Shown one piece after another: positions 1 through 11,321 of a DNA stretch of 64,000 bases. The notes beneath the pieces are model-generated. The model made no database searches and had not been told where the DNA came from. It was given only the letters and a program-made list of their open reading frames with translations. This stretch comes from Mobula hypostoma (taxonomy: Eukaryota). Position numbers and translations under genes: made by a program. Position 1 is the stretch's first letter. Every line of letters begins with the position of its first letter. The stretch spans positions 48,484,001 to 48,548,000 of the forward strand of contig NC_086100.1 of the NCBI RefSeq assembly GCF_963921235.1, given 5' to 3'.

Positions 1-865
1 CCATGCTCCTGTCCTGCCATTCAATAAGTTTGCGGCTGTGCTGGCTATAACCACGGCAAGCTTTTCATTCCTTCCTCATCAAAAATATAGAGGGTTATGT
101 AATGACAGCGAGATACTGTATGCTATGTCATAAAAACTCTGGGAATTTTTTAACAGTTTGTAAAATTCCATGATCATATTTCATTGTGAAGATACATTTC
201 AAATATTCATATCAACACTTGTCTAACCAGTCATGTTTATAACTGTAAACTATAATGAGCCAAAGGTTAGGTATTCTTGGCTGCTTATTATACGAGAAAG
301 TGATCTGGATCACCAACCTCACACCAGCAGATAGCGCAGACCCAACAACTGTGACTGTGGCAAAAGGCATTTCTTTTGATCTCTCTCATGCTCTGGGGTT
401 TTGGCCTTTTCCTGTGCCGTAGTGCTCTGTGGCTATGACTCAATGATATATGACCTTGCCAGGGTCTCAGGAACTCTGCCTGGAAGGGTGTTGAAGGTAG
501 AAGCCTTTACCAAATGGTCAGGTTGCATCCTTCTGTACGTTTCGTGTTAATTTTGAATTGCTGGAATCACAGGAGAGAAATTGTAGTTTTGTTCATAAAC
601 TGTCACGATGTGTGCTGTCAACCTTGCAACCCAAGCATAGAGGAAAGACAGATTCGGATGTAGAGACATTGATGTAGATTTCATAAGAATTCTAACAGAA
701 CATCAGCGGCTCAGGCGAGCCACACCATGAAATATAACATTCTCAAATGAAGACCTTGTGATTAGTGCTAACCAGGCAACCGCTACAATAACACAGAGAC
801 CCCAAACCTATCAAAATAAACTTAACAAGTTTAAACAGGAAGCACCAGGAGACCACATTACAAAG

Positions 866-1118
866 TGTTATGCTTTGTGCCTTCAAAATATTAAACTAAT
901 TCAAAGGAAAACATGGGAGTCCAGGAATACAGGTCTAACTTCGAGTTTACTTTTAGCGAGGCATGAACCTATCATGTGGTAGCGTAATGATGTATGTAAT
1001 TCATGTATTTATACATATAACCCGTAATGCATTATTTAAACAAAAACTAATGCTTAATCAACCGGTATATATATTTACAGGATTATTCAAATATTAGTTA
1101 AATATTAAATACACAACA
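866..1118 (-). repeat. 3' LTR of Gypsy element
   Basis: TG..CA termini, adjacent polypurine tract; about 16 mismatches per 100 nt against the other LTR by eye. Confidence 0.9.
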
Positions 1119-1429
1119 GTCCTCCCTTCCTAGCTATAAGCTCAATAGAGAGTGTACCTCAACTATACACAGCAGTATATTATATAACTATCCTATGCAC
1201 ATCCGCAGCATAGTAAATTTTAAGTTGTCCCATTCAGGCCTAAAGATTTAATCGCTGTGGAGGATTTCTTACTCTTGTGGGATAACATCTTTCCTGTTAA
1301 GGGAGATCACTCTGCTTGACAGATGAGGCTTGTGGCTGTGAAACAATCTCAGACTCTGGGACCTCCTCCGTGGCGGTTGTGGGAGTTGACTCTGAGACTG
1401 CAGGAAGTCATTTTGACAGCGGTAGCTGC

Positions 1430-1968
1430 CTTCATTCTTCTAGTTTGTGCATCTTGACCTTGGGAAGGTGCACTTAGTTCATTGGAGTATTCACTAATCC
1501 TCCTATTGCTCCCTTTACGATTAAATCTCTCCTCTTGGTTTCCGTATCCACAACACAATCTGACGAATTCTCTGTTTTCATATTTCCATTCACACCTTTC
1601 TTTTTGCCCTTCCATTCATCCAGCTGGGCTTTGGTCTTTGCATCCACTTTTACAAGCAGCTTTTTGCCTCCCACTTGAAATTCACGCAATAACCTCAGTA
1701 CACACCAAGTAGATTCTGGTTCTTTATCAAAGCCGAATGATTGCAACTTTCCTGAAGCTCCTTGAATTCTCTTTCAGCTTAAAACCAAGCCACATTTCAT
1801 AAGTAATTGCCTGATTAACATGTCAGAATCTTTCTCAGATATGCGGCCCACAAAAACTGTTGTAGTCAGACCACTGTTTTTGTCACTTCCATGCTTCCTC
1901 TGAGCAGCATGGTCCTTCCTTGGTCTGATATGCTTTCCAATCAGAGACACAGAGATTGGCACCAACAC
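1430..1968 (-). pseudogene. rbm25: Processed (intronless) RBM25 fragment covering the RRM and flanks, captured inside the LTR element
   Basis: VLVP..IGKHI.PRKDH..TTTVFVGRISEKDSDMLIRQLLMKCGLVLS*KRIQGASGKLQSFGF-DKEPEST..LRLL..QVGGKKLLVKVDAKTKAQLDEWK..ETKRRD..KGAI../EYSNELSAPSQ matches the RBM25 N-terminal RRM region. Premature TGA at 1774-1776, a small deletion, and a frameshift near 1500. Confidence 0.93.
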
Positions 1969-3092
1969 CTCTTTGTTCTTTGTTTGACAACAACTCATGG
2001 GGTACAACATGGAGAACATTGTGGCATCATCCAGTACCTTTCTTAATTCACTTTCATTTGGTTTCGTTGCAGGGGATGTGGCATGCAAATGGAGGATGGA
2101 TCTCCATTCAAGTTGTAGTTGTTTCAGCCAATCATGCCCCCCACAATGCTGGTCCTCCTGTTTTTACCACATATAATCTCAATTTGGTTTGTTCATTGTT
2201 GTATTTCACTCTCACAAACGCAATTTTATCCAGTATAAGTTCTTAGGTGGATACCTGCAGGCTTCAGCTTAGTGTCTTTGAAATTCTTCTCAAACTCATT
2301 TTGTGGAACAACTGAACCAGTGACTAATTCAATTTTAATTAATTTGCTGTTCACTTCAGCTGTAAGCCATATTGGTTAGTTTTTGCATTGTAAAGCTCAA
2401 GATTACACCGTCCTTTGTCACTCCCATCATAATCAGATTTTTCATCAACAGCATGCAGATTAGTGCTCTCTTTGAAACTTGACTTTCTATCTTTTTAACT
2501 TCTCTGTGCAAACCAATTATTTTTGCCTCCCTGACATGCTCTTGGTATGTGTCCTACTTTGTTGCATTTTCTGCAAGTTTCACCTTTAAATCTACATTGG
2601 TCTGGTGTATGTGAGCCCCTGCCACAACGGTAACACTATTTGTTCAGCCTGGCCCAGTTCTGTTTAGACGTTATAATTTTATACATGCTCAGTTTCTTTC
2701 CTGACTGCAACACAGTTGCACCTCTGTCTGTTGTTTCCATTGAAACAGCGATATCAACTGCTCTTTTAAATATAAATTGTGCTTCAGTTAGGAGCCAATT
2801 GTGAATGCTATCTTGTAAGATTTCACAAACTAAACGATCTCTTAGTGTGTCATTAAGGTCATTGCTGAACTGACAATGTTCAGACAACCTCTTCAATTCA
2901 GCCATGTACGCTGAAATGGACTCCCCTTTTTTTTTAACTCTCCTTAGGTAGCCTAAAGCAGTCTGCAATCAACAATGACCTTGATTCTAAAAGTTCCTGC
3001 ATAACTTTTACAATATTAGCAAGGCTTATTTTGGATGGTTTGGTTGGAGCAATCACACTTCGAAGAAAACTATATGCCTTTAAACCCAATGC

Positions 3093-3631
3093 TGTCTAAG
3101 TGTCTAGGTACCATATCCAATGTGGACGTTGGTGACCATGATTTTCCATATAGGTCTATCCCTTGTTCTTTGGATAGCTTCCATTTCCTCAAAGTGTTGC
3201 CACCTGGCTAGGCTTTTGACGTACATAAGCCGAAGTCTTCCTCTAGGTTTGCTCCCCTCGATCTTTCAGAGAGTATGAGTTTTTCTAGTTCATCTTTCCG
3301 CATGATGTGTCCTAGGAATCTGAGTTGTCTTTCTCTTATTGTTGGTATGAGTGATGGAACTGCTTGGGCTCTTCTGAGAACTTCTTCATTTGATGTGTGT
3401 GTGGTCCATGACATTTTTAACATTCTCCTGTAGAACCATAATTCAGCTGCTTCTAGTCTCTTTTCCATTGCTGGGGAAATGGTCCAGCATTCACTTCCAT
3501 AAGTCAGGATAGAATAAATGTAGCATTGCAGCATTCTGTTTTTAGTGTACGTACTCATCTTTCTGTTAATATGATCTCTTGAAGAAATAGAAGAGGAGAA
3601 AAGCTTATATCATGGTGTAAAACAAACGATC
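3093..3631 (-). mobile_element. 5'-truncated RTE-clade LINE nested in Gypsy gag
   Basis: ORF 3208-3558 has LTYGSECWT..LEAAELWFYRRMLK..W..NEEVL..RQLRFLGH; 11-bp TSD AAACCCAATGC (3082-3092, 3632-3642). Confidence 0.88.
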
Positions 3632-3735
3632 AAACCCAATGCACTTAGCAAAATTGGTTCCTGTTTCTCATTTGCTATTTCATTCAAAATTTGCTGAATT
3701 AGCTCATGATACATATTTTGTGTAATCAAATGTGT

Positions 3736-5680
3736 TAATTCAGAGGAGGACAAAGGGCTTAATTAGGAAGAGGAAAAAAGATTATGAGAGAAAACTGGCA
3801 GGGAACATAAAAACTGACTGTAAAAGCTTTCGTAGATATGTGAAAAGGAAAAGACTGGTAAAGACAAATGTAGGTCCCCTACAGACAGAAACAGGTGAAT
3901 TGATTATGGGGAGCAAGGACATGGCAGACCAATTGAATAATTACTTTGGTTCTGTCTTCACTAAGGAGGACATAAATAATCTTCCAGAAATAGTAGGGGA
4001 CAGAGGGTCCAGTGAGATGGAGGAGCTGAGCGAAATACATGTTAGTAGGGAAGTGGTGTTAGGTAAATTGAAGGGATTAAAGGCAGATAAATCCCCAGGG
4101 CCAGATGGTCTGCATCCCAGAGTGCTTAAGGAAGTAGCCCAAGAAATAATGGATGCATTAGTGATAATTTTTCAAAACTCGTTAGATTCTGGACTAGTTC
4201 CTGAGGATTGGAGGGTGGCTAATGTAACCCCACTTTTTAAAAAAGGAGGGAGAGAGAAACCGGGGAATTATAGACCGGTTAGCCTAACGTCGGTGGTGGG
4301 GAAACTGCTGGAGTCAGTTATCAAGGATGTGATAACAGCACATTTGGAAAGCGGTGAAATCATCGGACAAAGTCAGCATGGATTTGTGAAAGGAAAATCA
4401 TGTCTGACGAATCTCATAGAATTTTTTGAGGATGTAACTAGTAGAGTGGATAGGGGAGAACCAGTGGATGTGGTATATTTGGATTTTCAAAAGGCTTTTG
4501 ACAAAGTCCCACACAGGAGATTAGTGTGCATACTTAAAGCACACAGTATTGGGGGTAAGGTATTGATGTGGATAGAGAATTGGTTAGCAGACAGGAAGCA
4601 AAGAGTGGGAATAAATGGGACCTTTTCAGAATGGCAGGCAGTGACTAGTGGGGTACCGCAAGGCTCAGTGCTGGGACCCCAGTTGTTTACAATATATATT
4701 AATGACTTGGATGAGGGAATTAAATGCAGCATCTCCAAGTTTGCGGATGACACGAAGCTGGGTGGCAGTGTTAGCTGTGAGGAGGATGCTAAGAGGATGC
4801 AGGGTGACTTGGATAGGTTGGGTGAGTGGGCAAATTCATGGCAGATGCAATTTAATGTGGATAAATGTGAAGTTATCCACTTTGGTGGCAAAAATAGGAA
4901 AACAGATTATCTGAATGGTGGCCGATTAGGAAAAGGGGAGGTGCAACGAGACCTGGGTGTCATTATACACCAGTCATTGAAAGTGGGCATGCAGGTACAG
5001 CAGGCGGTGAAAAAGGCGAATGGTATGCTGGCATTTATAGCGAGAGGATTCGAGTACAGGAGTAGGGAGGTACTACTGCAGTTGTACAAGGCCTTGGTGA
5101 GACCACACCTGGAGTATTGTGTGCAGTTTTGGTCCCCTAATCTGAGGAAAGACATCCTTGCCATAGAGGGAGTACAAAGAAGGTTTACCAGATTGATTCC
5201 TGGGATGGCAGGACTTTCATATGAAAAAAGACTGGATGAACTAGGCTTGTACTCGTTGGAATTTAGAAGATTGAGGGGGGATCTGATTGAAACGTATAAA
5301 ATCCTAAAGGGATTGGACAGGCTAGATGCAGGAAGATTGTTCCCGATGTTGGGGAAGTCCAGAACGAGGGGTCACAGTTTGAGGATAAAGGGGAAGCCTT
5401 TTAGGACTGAGATTAGGAAAAACTTCTTCACACAGAGAGTGGTGAATCTGTGGAATTCTCTGCCACAGGAAACAGTTGAGGCCAGTTCATTGGCTATATT
5501 TAAGAGGGAGTTAGATATGGCCCTTGTGGCTACGGGGATCAGGGGGTATGGAGGGAAGGCTGGTGCAGGGTTCTGAGTTGGATGATCAGCCATGATCATA
5601 ATAAATGGCGGTGCAGGCTCGAAGGGCCGAATGGCCTACTCCTGCACCTATTTTCTATGTTTCTATGTTTCTATGTTTCT
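3736..5680 (+). mobile_element. Young 5'-truncated CR1 LINE with uninterrupted 614-aa ORF2 remnant (RT), nested in Gypsy gag
   Basis: ORF 3732-5576 with KSPGPDG, YRPVSLTS, YLDFQKAFD, GVPQGSVLGP and FADD; 3' tail (TTTCTATG)n at 5652-5680. Confidence 0.95.
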
Positions 5681-5960
5681 TCTAACGTAGCCAGCCATCT
5701 CCGTTTCTTTAATGATTATTATCACCTGATACTTATTATTTATAAACCCTTGAATTCACCCTTTCTCTTTATGAACCCATGAATTCTTCCGTTTTGACTT
5801 TTTTTAAAACTTGATCGCATCTTTCCTTCTGAAGAACATGCGCAGTGCTACTTTTCACTTAACCATTCCTCACTGCGCAGTCCTTTTAACTTGAGAGTCT
5901 CACTGTAATTGACGAGTCAGTAGCCGCCTCGGGCTCATTTTAAAAACACCTCATCACCTA

Positions 5961-6232
5961 TGTTATGTTCTATGCCTTCAAAATATTAAACTATTTGAAA
6001 GGAAGACACAGGCGTCCGGAAATGCTGGTCTAACTTCGAATTTACTTTCATCGAGGCATGCACGTATCTCGTGGTAGCATGCACGTATCTTGTGGTAACA
6101 TAATGACTTATGCAACTCCAATGTTTATACCTACAACCTGTAATCAATTAGTTAAATAAGCAAAAATGCTTAATCAACCAATATATCCATTCAGGATTAC
6201 TAAAATATTATTGAAATATTAAATATACAACA
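5961..6232 (-). repeat. 5' LTR of Gypsy element
   Basis: TG..CA termini, adjacent PBS-like sequence, internal ~21-bp tandem duplication (~6056-6098). Confidence 0.9.
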
Positions 6233-6399
6233 CAAAGAGTGAGTCGCTAGAGAAAAAACATAAGAAACTCTATATGATTAATGACTCTCATAAAACAACA
6301 ATTAACCCAATTCAGGTGATCAAAAAATCTCAGAGCCCAGCAGTCTCCGGCTCCCTGCACATGCCCGAAGTGCTCAATAAATAAACACAGAAGAAGGAA

Positions 6400-7305
6400 A
6401 TTTTGTGAACATAGCGTACTCCAAGAAAAGACGAGTAAATAGTTAACCAGTGTGCTAGTTATCTGCTGGATTCTGGATCTGGGAGATGAATCGTTAACAG
6501 AACCTTACATTTCTAACTCATCAGCATAGAGCAGGCTGGATAATCCAGAAGCATCCTTTACTGAGCATCATTAGTAGCCCCATTGCAAGAGATAAAGGTC
6601 TTCTTTCAAAGGAATTCTGGTAATTCATTTTGATCATGGATAATGTGAGTCCATTAGAACTTAAGCAAGGGTTGCTAATGAGAATCAAAAAAAATGTTTA
6701 CTAAGAACAAATCCTGTAGTTCCAACTGATAAGGAAGAATGCAGTATTTCATTGCATCTCTGCTAACTAAGAAGCCTGAGAACTCTACAAATTTATTAAA
6801 AATGCCTGAGCAGATCTTTTTAAACAGTAAATCAGAAGGTCAATTACTAGTTTGCAAAACTTAATGAAGAATCTTCACTGATGTCATTTAACTCACAATT
6901 TGGATAGCAGAGTTCCAATTCTACGTAATGGCCTTAGGGAAAGCCAGGGTGTGTTTCAGCAGAAACAAATGAGTCTTGGGAATGCAAAGGAGCAGTTGCT
7001 ACAGTAGTTGACAGTGGCTGAGATGAGCAATAGAAAGCTGTAGGGCTGGAATCAAGAAGAAAAAGTGAACAGTGCTGTCAAAAAGACAGAGGTAAGCCAT
7101 GCCCTGAAAACGCTAACAGCAATTTCAGAACTGAAAGTTTCAAAGGACAAGACAGAAATGAGAAGCTTTCTCAGACTAGCCCAGTACACGACTGATTTGA
7201 TTCCTGACATCTCAAAACTCTCAGCAAATATGAAAAAGCCAATGAAAAACATCACTGAATACCAGTGTTTACAGTCCCAAGAAAAACTGTCGTTTTACAA
7301 GTAGT
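6400..7305 (+). mobile_element. Highly degenerate older Gypsy pol fragment
   Basis: ORF 7065-7304 TAISELKVSKDKTEMRSFLRLAQY..IPDISKLSANMK resembles the Gypsy RT connection region. Confidence 0.55.
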
Positions 7306-7314
7306 TGCCTGTTA

Positions 7315-8255
7315 AAGATATTCAGTACGGGTCCTGGAAGATCAAGGCCCCAAATCCGACACAAAATTCATGGTCTACAGAGTAGTAGTGATGCCTGTTC
7401 TCTGTCCTCTCTTAACTACACAAGCATCTCAAAGACCTGGAGAAAGATCCCACCAATACAGCCTCACAACATCTCCCAAATCCATCAATTAGCCTCTGTC
7501 AGGCTAACATTCCCCCTATCAAGACACAAATTACTCTGTAAATTCTAAAGATTTTTAAAGATCAGTTTTATTTGTGATACGCACATCAAAACATCAAAAA
7601 CCTACAGTGAGATATGACTGGCACAGTCTGAGGATGTGCTGGGGGCAGCCCACAAGTGTCGCCATGTTTCCAGTGCAAACAAAGCATGTCCACATCTTGC
7701 TAAACTGTACATCTTTGGAACGTGGGAGGAAACCAGAGCACCCGGAGGAAACCCACATGGTCATGGGGAAATGTTTACAACTGAACCCCATTTGCTGGCA
7801 CTGTAAAATGTTACTCTAGCTGCTATGCATCCATACTGCCCATTCTGATGGATAGTAACATCATTCCAATGCCCAACACTAGACTGCAGAAAAGGATGCA
7901 TCACTTGAACTCCATCATAGCTAGGGAGAACTAGGAAAGCATATAATCTTCTCAAGGCCTGCCGGATAAAAGATCTCATTCCCACCAACTCATTAGCATC
8001 CTCAGTACACCTGCTCAAAATGGAGAATTGAGGATACTAGCAAGAATCTCAAGTCTATTCACCAGGTGAAGAGGAAAACAATGGAAGGATGCACCGTTTC
8101 CAAAACTCGCCAGCAGCTCACCCCTTTGACCATCTCCTGCCCCAGCTGTGGCAAATTCTGCAGATCCCACACTAATTTCATTAACCACCTCAGAACCCAA
8201 AGAACTGGAATAGAAGGAAAGTATCTTCAAACCTTTGGGACTGCCTGAAGAGGAA
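7315..8255 (+). mobile_element. Degenerate RTE LINE 3' end, interrupted by a SINE (~7560-7830, minus)
   Basis: KFMVYRVVV motif and terminal CPSCGKFCRSH..INHLR zinc finger; the SINE has the GGAGGAAACCAGAGCACCCGGAGGAAACCCAC V-domain motif. Confidence 0.6.
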
Positions 8256-8634
8256 ACACCTCCTCTAAAGGCCTGAGAACAGCCCAGGTTCATCTCAATG
8301 ACAGTTCCAGTTAATACAGTAACAGCAGCAGAAAGAAGATACACGATTTTGAAAGTCAAGTGTGATGTACCACAGTTCTCTCCACTGCAATCACAGTAGA
8401 AGGTAGTCAGCAACTTTATGCACAAATGTACATAAAGAACGTTATGTAGAACAGCTTCAAAGGTTGTTCTTGAGATCTGAGTTGTGATTTTATTGTGAAA
8501 TACAAATAGCATCAAGGTATATTTACTAAATCTGACTAAGAAGATCAGAGAAAGGTCAATAAAGAGGGGAGGTTACAGATACTTTATCAGCAAGTGGTTC
8601 AGAGATAGCTTGAAAAAAATAACAGGGCAGAAGC

Positions 8635-8930
8635 TGACAGCACATACCACCAGGCTCAAAGGCAGTTTCTATCCCACTGTTTTCAGACTATTGAATGGCT
8701 CCCTAGTATGATAAGATGGACCCTTGACTTACAATGGATCTCATTATGATCTTGCACCTTATTGTCTATGTGTGCTGCACTTTCTCTGTTGCCATTATAC
8801 TTTATTCTGCATTTTGTTATCATTTTTCTTTGTACTACCTCAATGCATTGTATTGATTTGTATGATCAGTATGCAAGACACCATTTTCGTTGTACCTTGG
8901 TACATGAGACAATAATGAACCAATTCCAAT
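8635..8930 (+). mobile_element. Rex1/Babar-like LINE 3' end
   Basis: CACATACCACCAGGCTCAAAG..TTCTATCCC motif shared with other copies, plus typical 3'UTR. Confidence 0.6.
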
Positions 8931-8996
8931 CTAGCAAGATGTTTGTAATCTATCCTCAACTGTGGACCATGCTGTTCCCTCTACATTTGCAAGTGG

Positions 8997-9240
8997 GTGG
9001 CACCGCAGTGCAGCAGTTAGCATAACGCTACTACAGCAACAGCGAACTGAGTTCAATTCCCGCCACTGTCCGTAAGGAGTTACTACATTCTCACCATGAC
9101 CACATGGGTCTCCTTCAGGTGCTCCAGTTTCCTCCATCATTCCAAAGAGTTAGGGGTCAATAGGTTAGTTGGTCACATGGGTGTAATTGGGTAGTATGGG
9201 CTCGTGGGCAGAAGGGCCTGCTGTTGTGCTGCATCCCTAA
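8997..9240 (+). mobile_element. tRNA-derived V-SINE (HE1-like)
   Basis: tRNA-like head with B box GAGTTCAATTCC and V-domain GGTGCTCCAGTTTCCTCC. Confidence 0.7.
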
Positions 9241-10467
9241 GCTGTGTACATACATCTACTGATGCTTCTGGACACATCTTCAGTGATGTTCCTGGAATCA
9301 TCAGGTGTTTCAGGCCTTTCAACATCATACAACCTCCTCCAAGTGACCCAGCCGGGACTGATCAGACCCCAGCTTGTGTCCAGATGGCTAGCTACTTATG
9401 ACTCCATGGCTCCCCTCTTTTGAGCCACAGCCATCTTGAGGCCCTCTCTGCCGCATCGGTGGTACTGCGGATGGCTCTCCTCTTCCTCTCTCCCTCGATG
9501 CCCAAAATGCTGAAGGCTCTAACTAAAGAACGGGCTACGAATCCCCTACAACCAACCTCCACTGGGAGACACCTCGCTCTCCATCCAGCCTGCTGACAGT
9601 TGCTGACCAGTCCTGCGTACTTGGAGAGCTTCCTTTCAAAGGCCTCTTCCAAGCGATCTTCCCATGGGACTGTCAGCTCCAGCAGCACCACTTGCTTAGT
9701 CGACTCAGACACTAGGACAATGTCTGGTCGCAGGGTGGTGGCTGCGATATGGTTGGGGAACTTCAGCTGCCCTTCGAGGTCCACCGACAGCTGCCAGTCC
9801 CTTGCAGAGGTCAGAATGCCTGCAGATGTTCTTTTGGCAGGTATTGGCTGCTCCCCAGCTCTGACAAAAGCAATGGTCTGCTTGGAGGGTCGGTACCGCT
9901 TCGCCCACTCAACTCCTGCGCTGACGGCTTCAGCGATGGTCTTCAGGACCTGATCATGCCTCCACCTGTACCGTCCCTCACCAAGTGCCCTTGCACAGCC
10001 GCTGAGAATGTGGTCCAGGGTTCCTCGCTTGGAGCACAGTGGGCACGCAGATGACTCTGCCTTGCCCCATGTGTGCAGGTTTGATGGGCTTGGAAGCACA
10101 TCGTACACTGCCTGGACGAGAAATTGGATGTGGTGTGGTTCGGCTTTCCAAAGATCAGCCCAGGTCACTTTCCTCTCAACCGCATTCTCCCATCTTGTCC
10201 AAGCTCCCTGTTGCTTCATTCCCACCGCCTTGCAGGCTCTCATCTCCTCCACTACTGCTCTCACCTCCTCCTGAACTAGACAACGCCTTTCCTTCCCTCT
10301 GGTGTCCATTTGGGGAGTTAGGAAGGATCCTAGCCCAGCTCGGCCTTGTGTGACCACTCCCACCAGCCTCCTGTGACGCAGCCTCGCCTCTGCCTCCTGA
10401 ACAGCTTCCTCTGCCCTCCACTTCCTGCCAGAACTTACTTGGATCCCTGCTCTAGCCACCTTCGGGT
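9241..10467 (-). mobile_element. Hero-clade (RLE endonuclease) non-LTR retrotransposon, 5'-truncated
   Basis: 360-aa ORF with CPLC..H..C knuckle, RHD, TTLRPDIVL, ELTVPWE and K..KY (PD-D/ExK endonuclease), followed by a 3'UTR. Confidence 0.9.
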
Positions 10468-10584
10468 AAAACAAATTAATAAATAAGTGTTTATATAATG
10501 ATAGTATTGGACACCAGAATCATGTGGAGAGTCCATTTCTCAAACAATCCAAGAGTTTTGCAGTCTTGAACAGCTACAACTTTT

Positions 10585-11142
10585 CACTCAGTGACCACTT
10601 TATTAGGTTCACCTATATCATCCAATATGTCCAATCAAGTATGTAATCAGCCAATTATGCGTCCATAACTCAATTTATAAAAGCATGCAGACATGGTCAT
10701 GAGGTTCAGTGGTTGTTGAGACCAAACATCAGAATGGAGAAGGAATGTGATCTAAGTGACTTTGACCGTGGAATAATTGTTGGTGCCAGACAGGGTGGTT
10801 TGACTATCTCAGAAACTGCTGATCTCCTGGGATTTTCACAAACAACAGTCTCTAGAGTTTATAGAGAGTGGTGCGTAAAGGCAAAAAACTCCAGTGAGCA
10901 GCAGCTTCGTGGCAAAAATGAGAGAGGCCAGAGGAGACTGGTCAGGCTAGTTCAACCTGACAGGAAGACGACAATAATTCAAACCACCACATGCTACAAC
11001 AGTGCTGTGCAGGAGAGCATCTCTGAAAGCACAACACGTCAAACCTTTAAGTGGATGGGCTACAGCAGCAGAAGACCACGAACATACTCTAGTGGCCACT
11101 TTATTAGATACAGGAGGTAGCTAATAAAGTGTCCACTGACTG
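10585..11142 (+). mobile_element. Tc1/mariner internally deleted derivative
   Basis: TIRs CACTCAGTG(A/G)CCACTTTATTAGGT at 10585 and inverted at 11117-11142; ORF 10713-11120 DLSDFDRGIIVGAR..GLTISETADLLGFS.TTVSRVYREW is a transposase HTH. Confidence 0.85.
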
Positions 11143-11321
11143 TCAATGTGTTGCCCTGTAAATACCAGCTTTGGGGTAAATATCTACTGCGTCTCCCTGG
11201 ATTGATCAATTGGAGATGACTTTTCACTAGAAAAAGATGGGCCTTGAGCTGAATCCAGAAACAACGATACCCAAAAAGGTGCAAGAGGAATTACTCCAGA
11301 ACATAGATGTGGATCACATGG

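Larger units (their letters stand above)
866..6232 (-). mobile_element. Full-span Ty3/Gypsy-type LTR retrotransposon, non-autonomous, carrying an RBM25 fragment, with nested RTE and CR1 insertions
   Basis: Two LTRs TGTTA..CAACA (866-1118, 5961-6232) and TSD CAAAG (861-865, 6233-6237). PBS-like sequence (~5947-5960) and PPT AGGAAGGGAGGAC (1119-1131). Gag ATG at 5698, two CCHC knuckles (2536-2635), degenerate protease motif LVTGS (~2316-2327) and integrase C-tail (1240-1425). Confidence 0.92.

Noticed and set aside
1349-2088. Functional rbm25 gene
   Set aside because: Intronless, partial, has a stop and a frameshift, and lies between LTRs
8997-9070. tRNA gene
   Set aside because: It is a SINE head with a B box but no full cloverleaf
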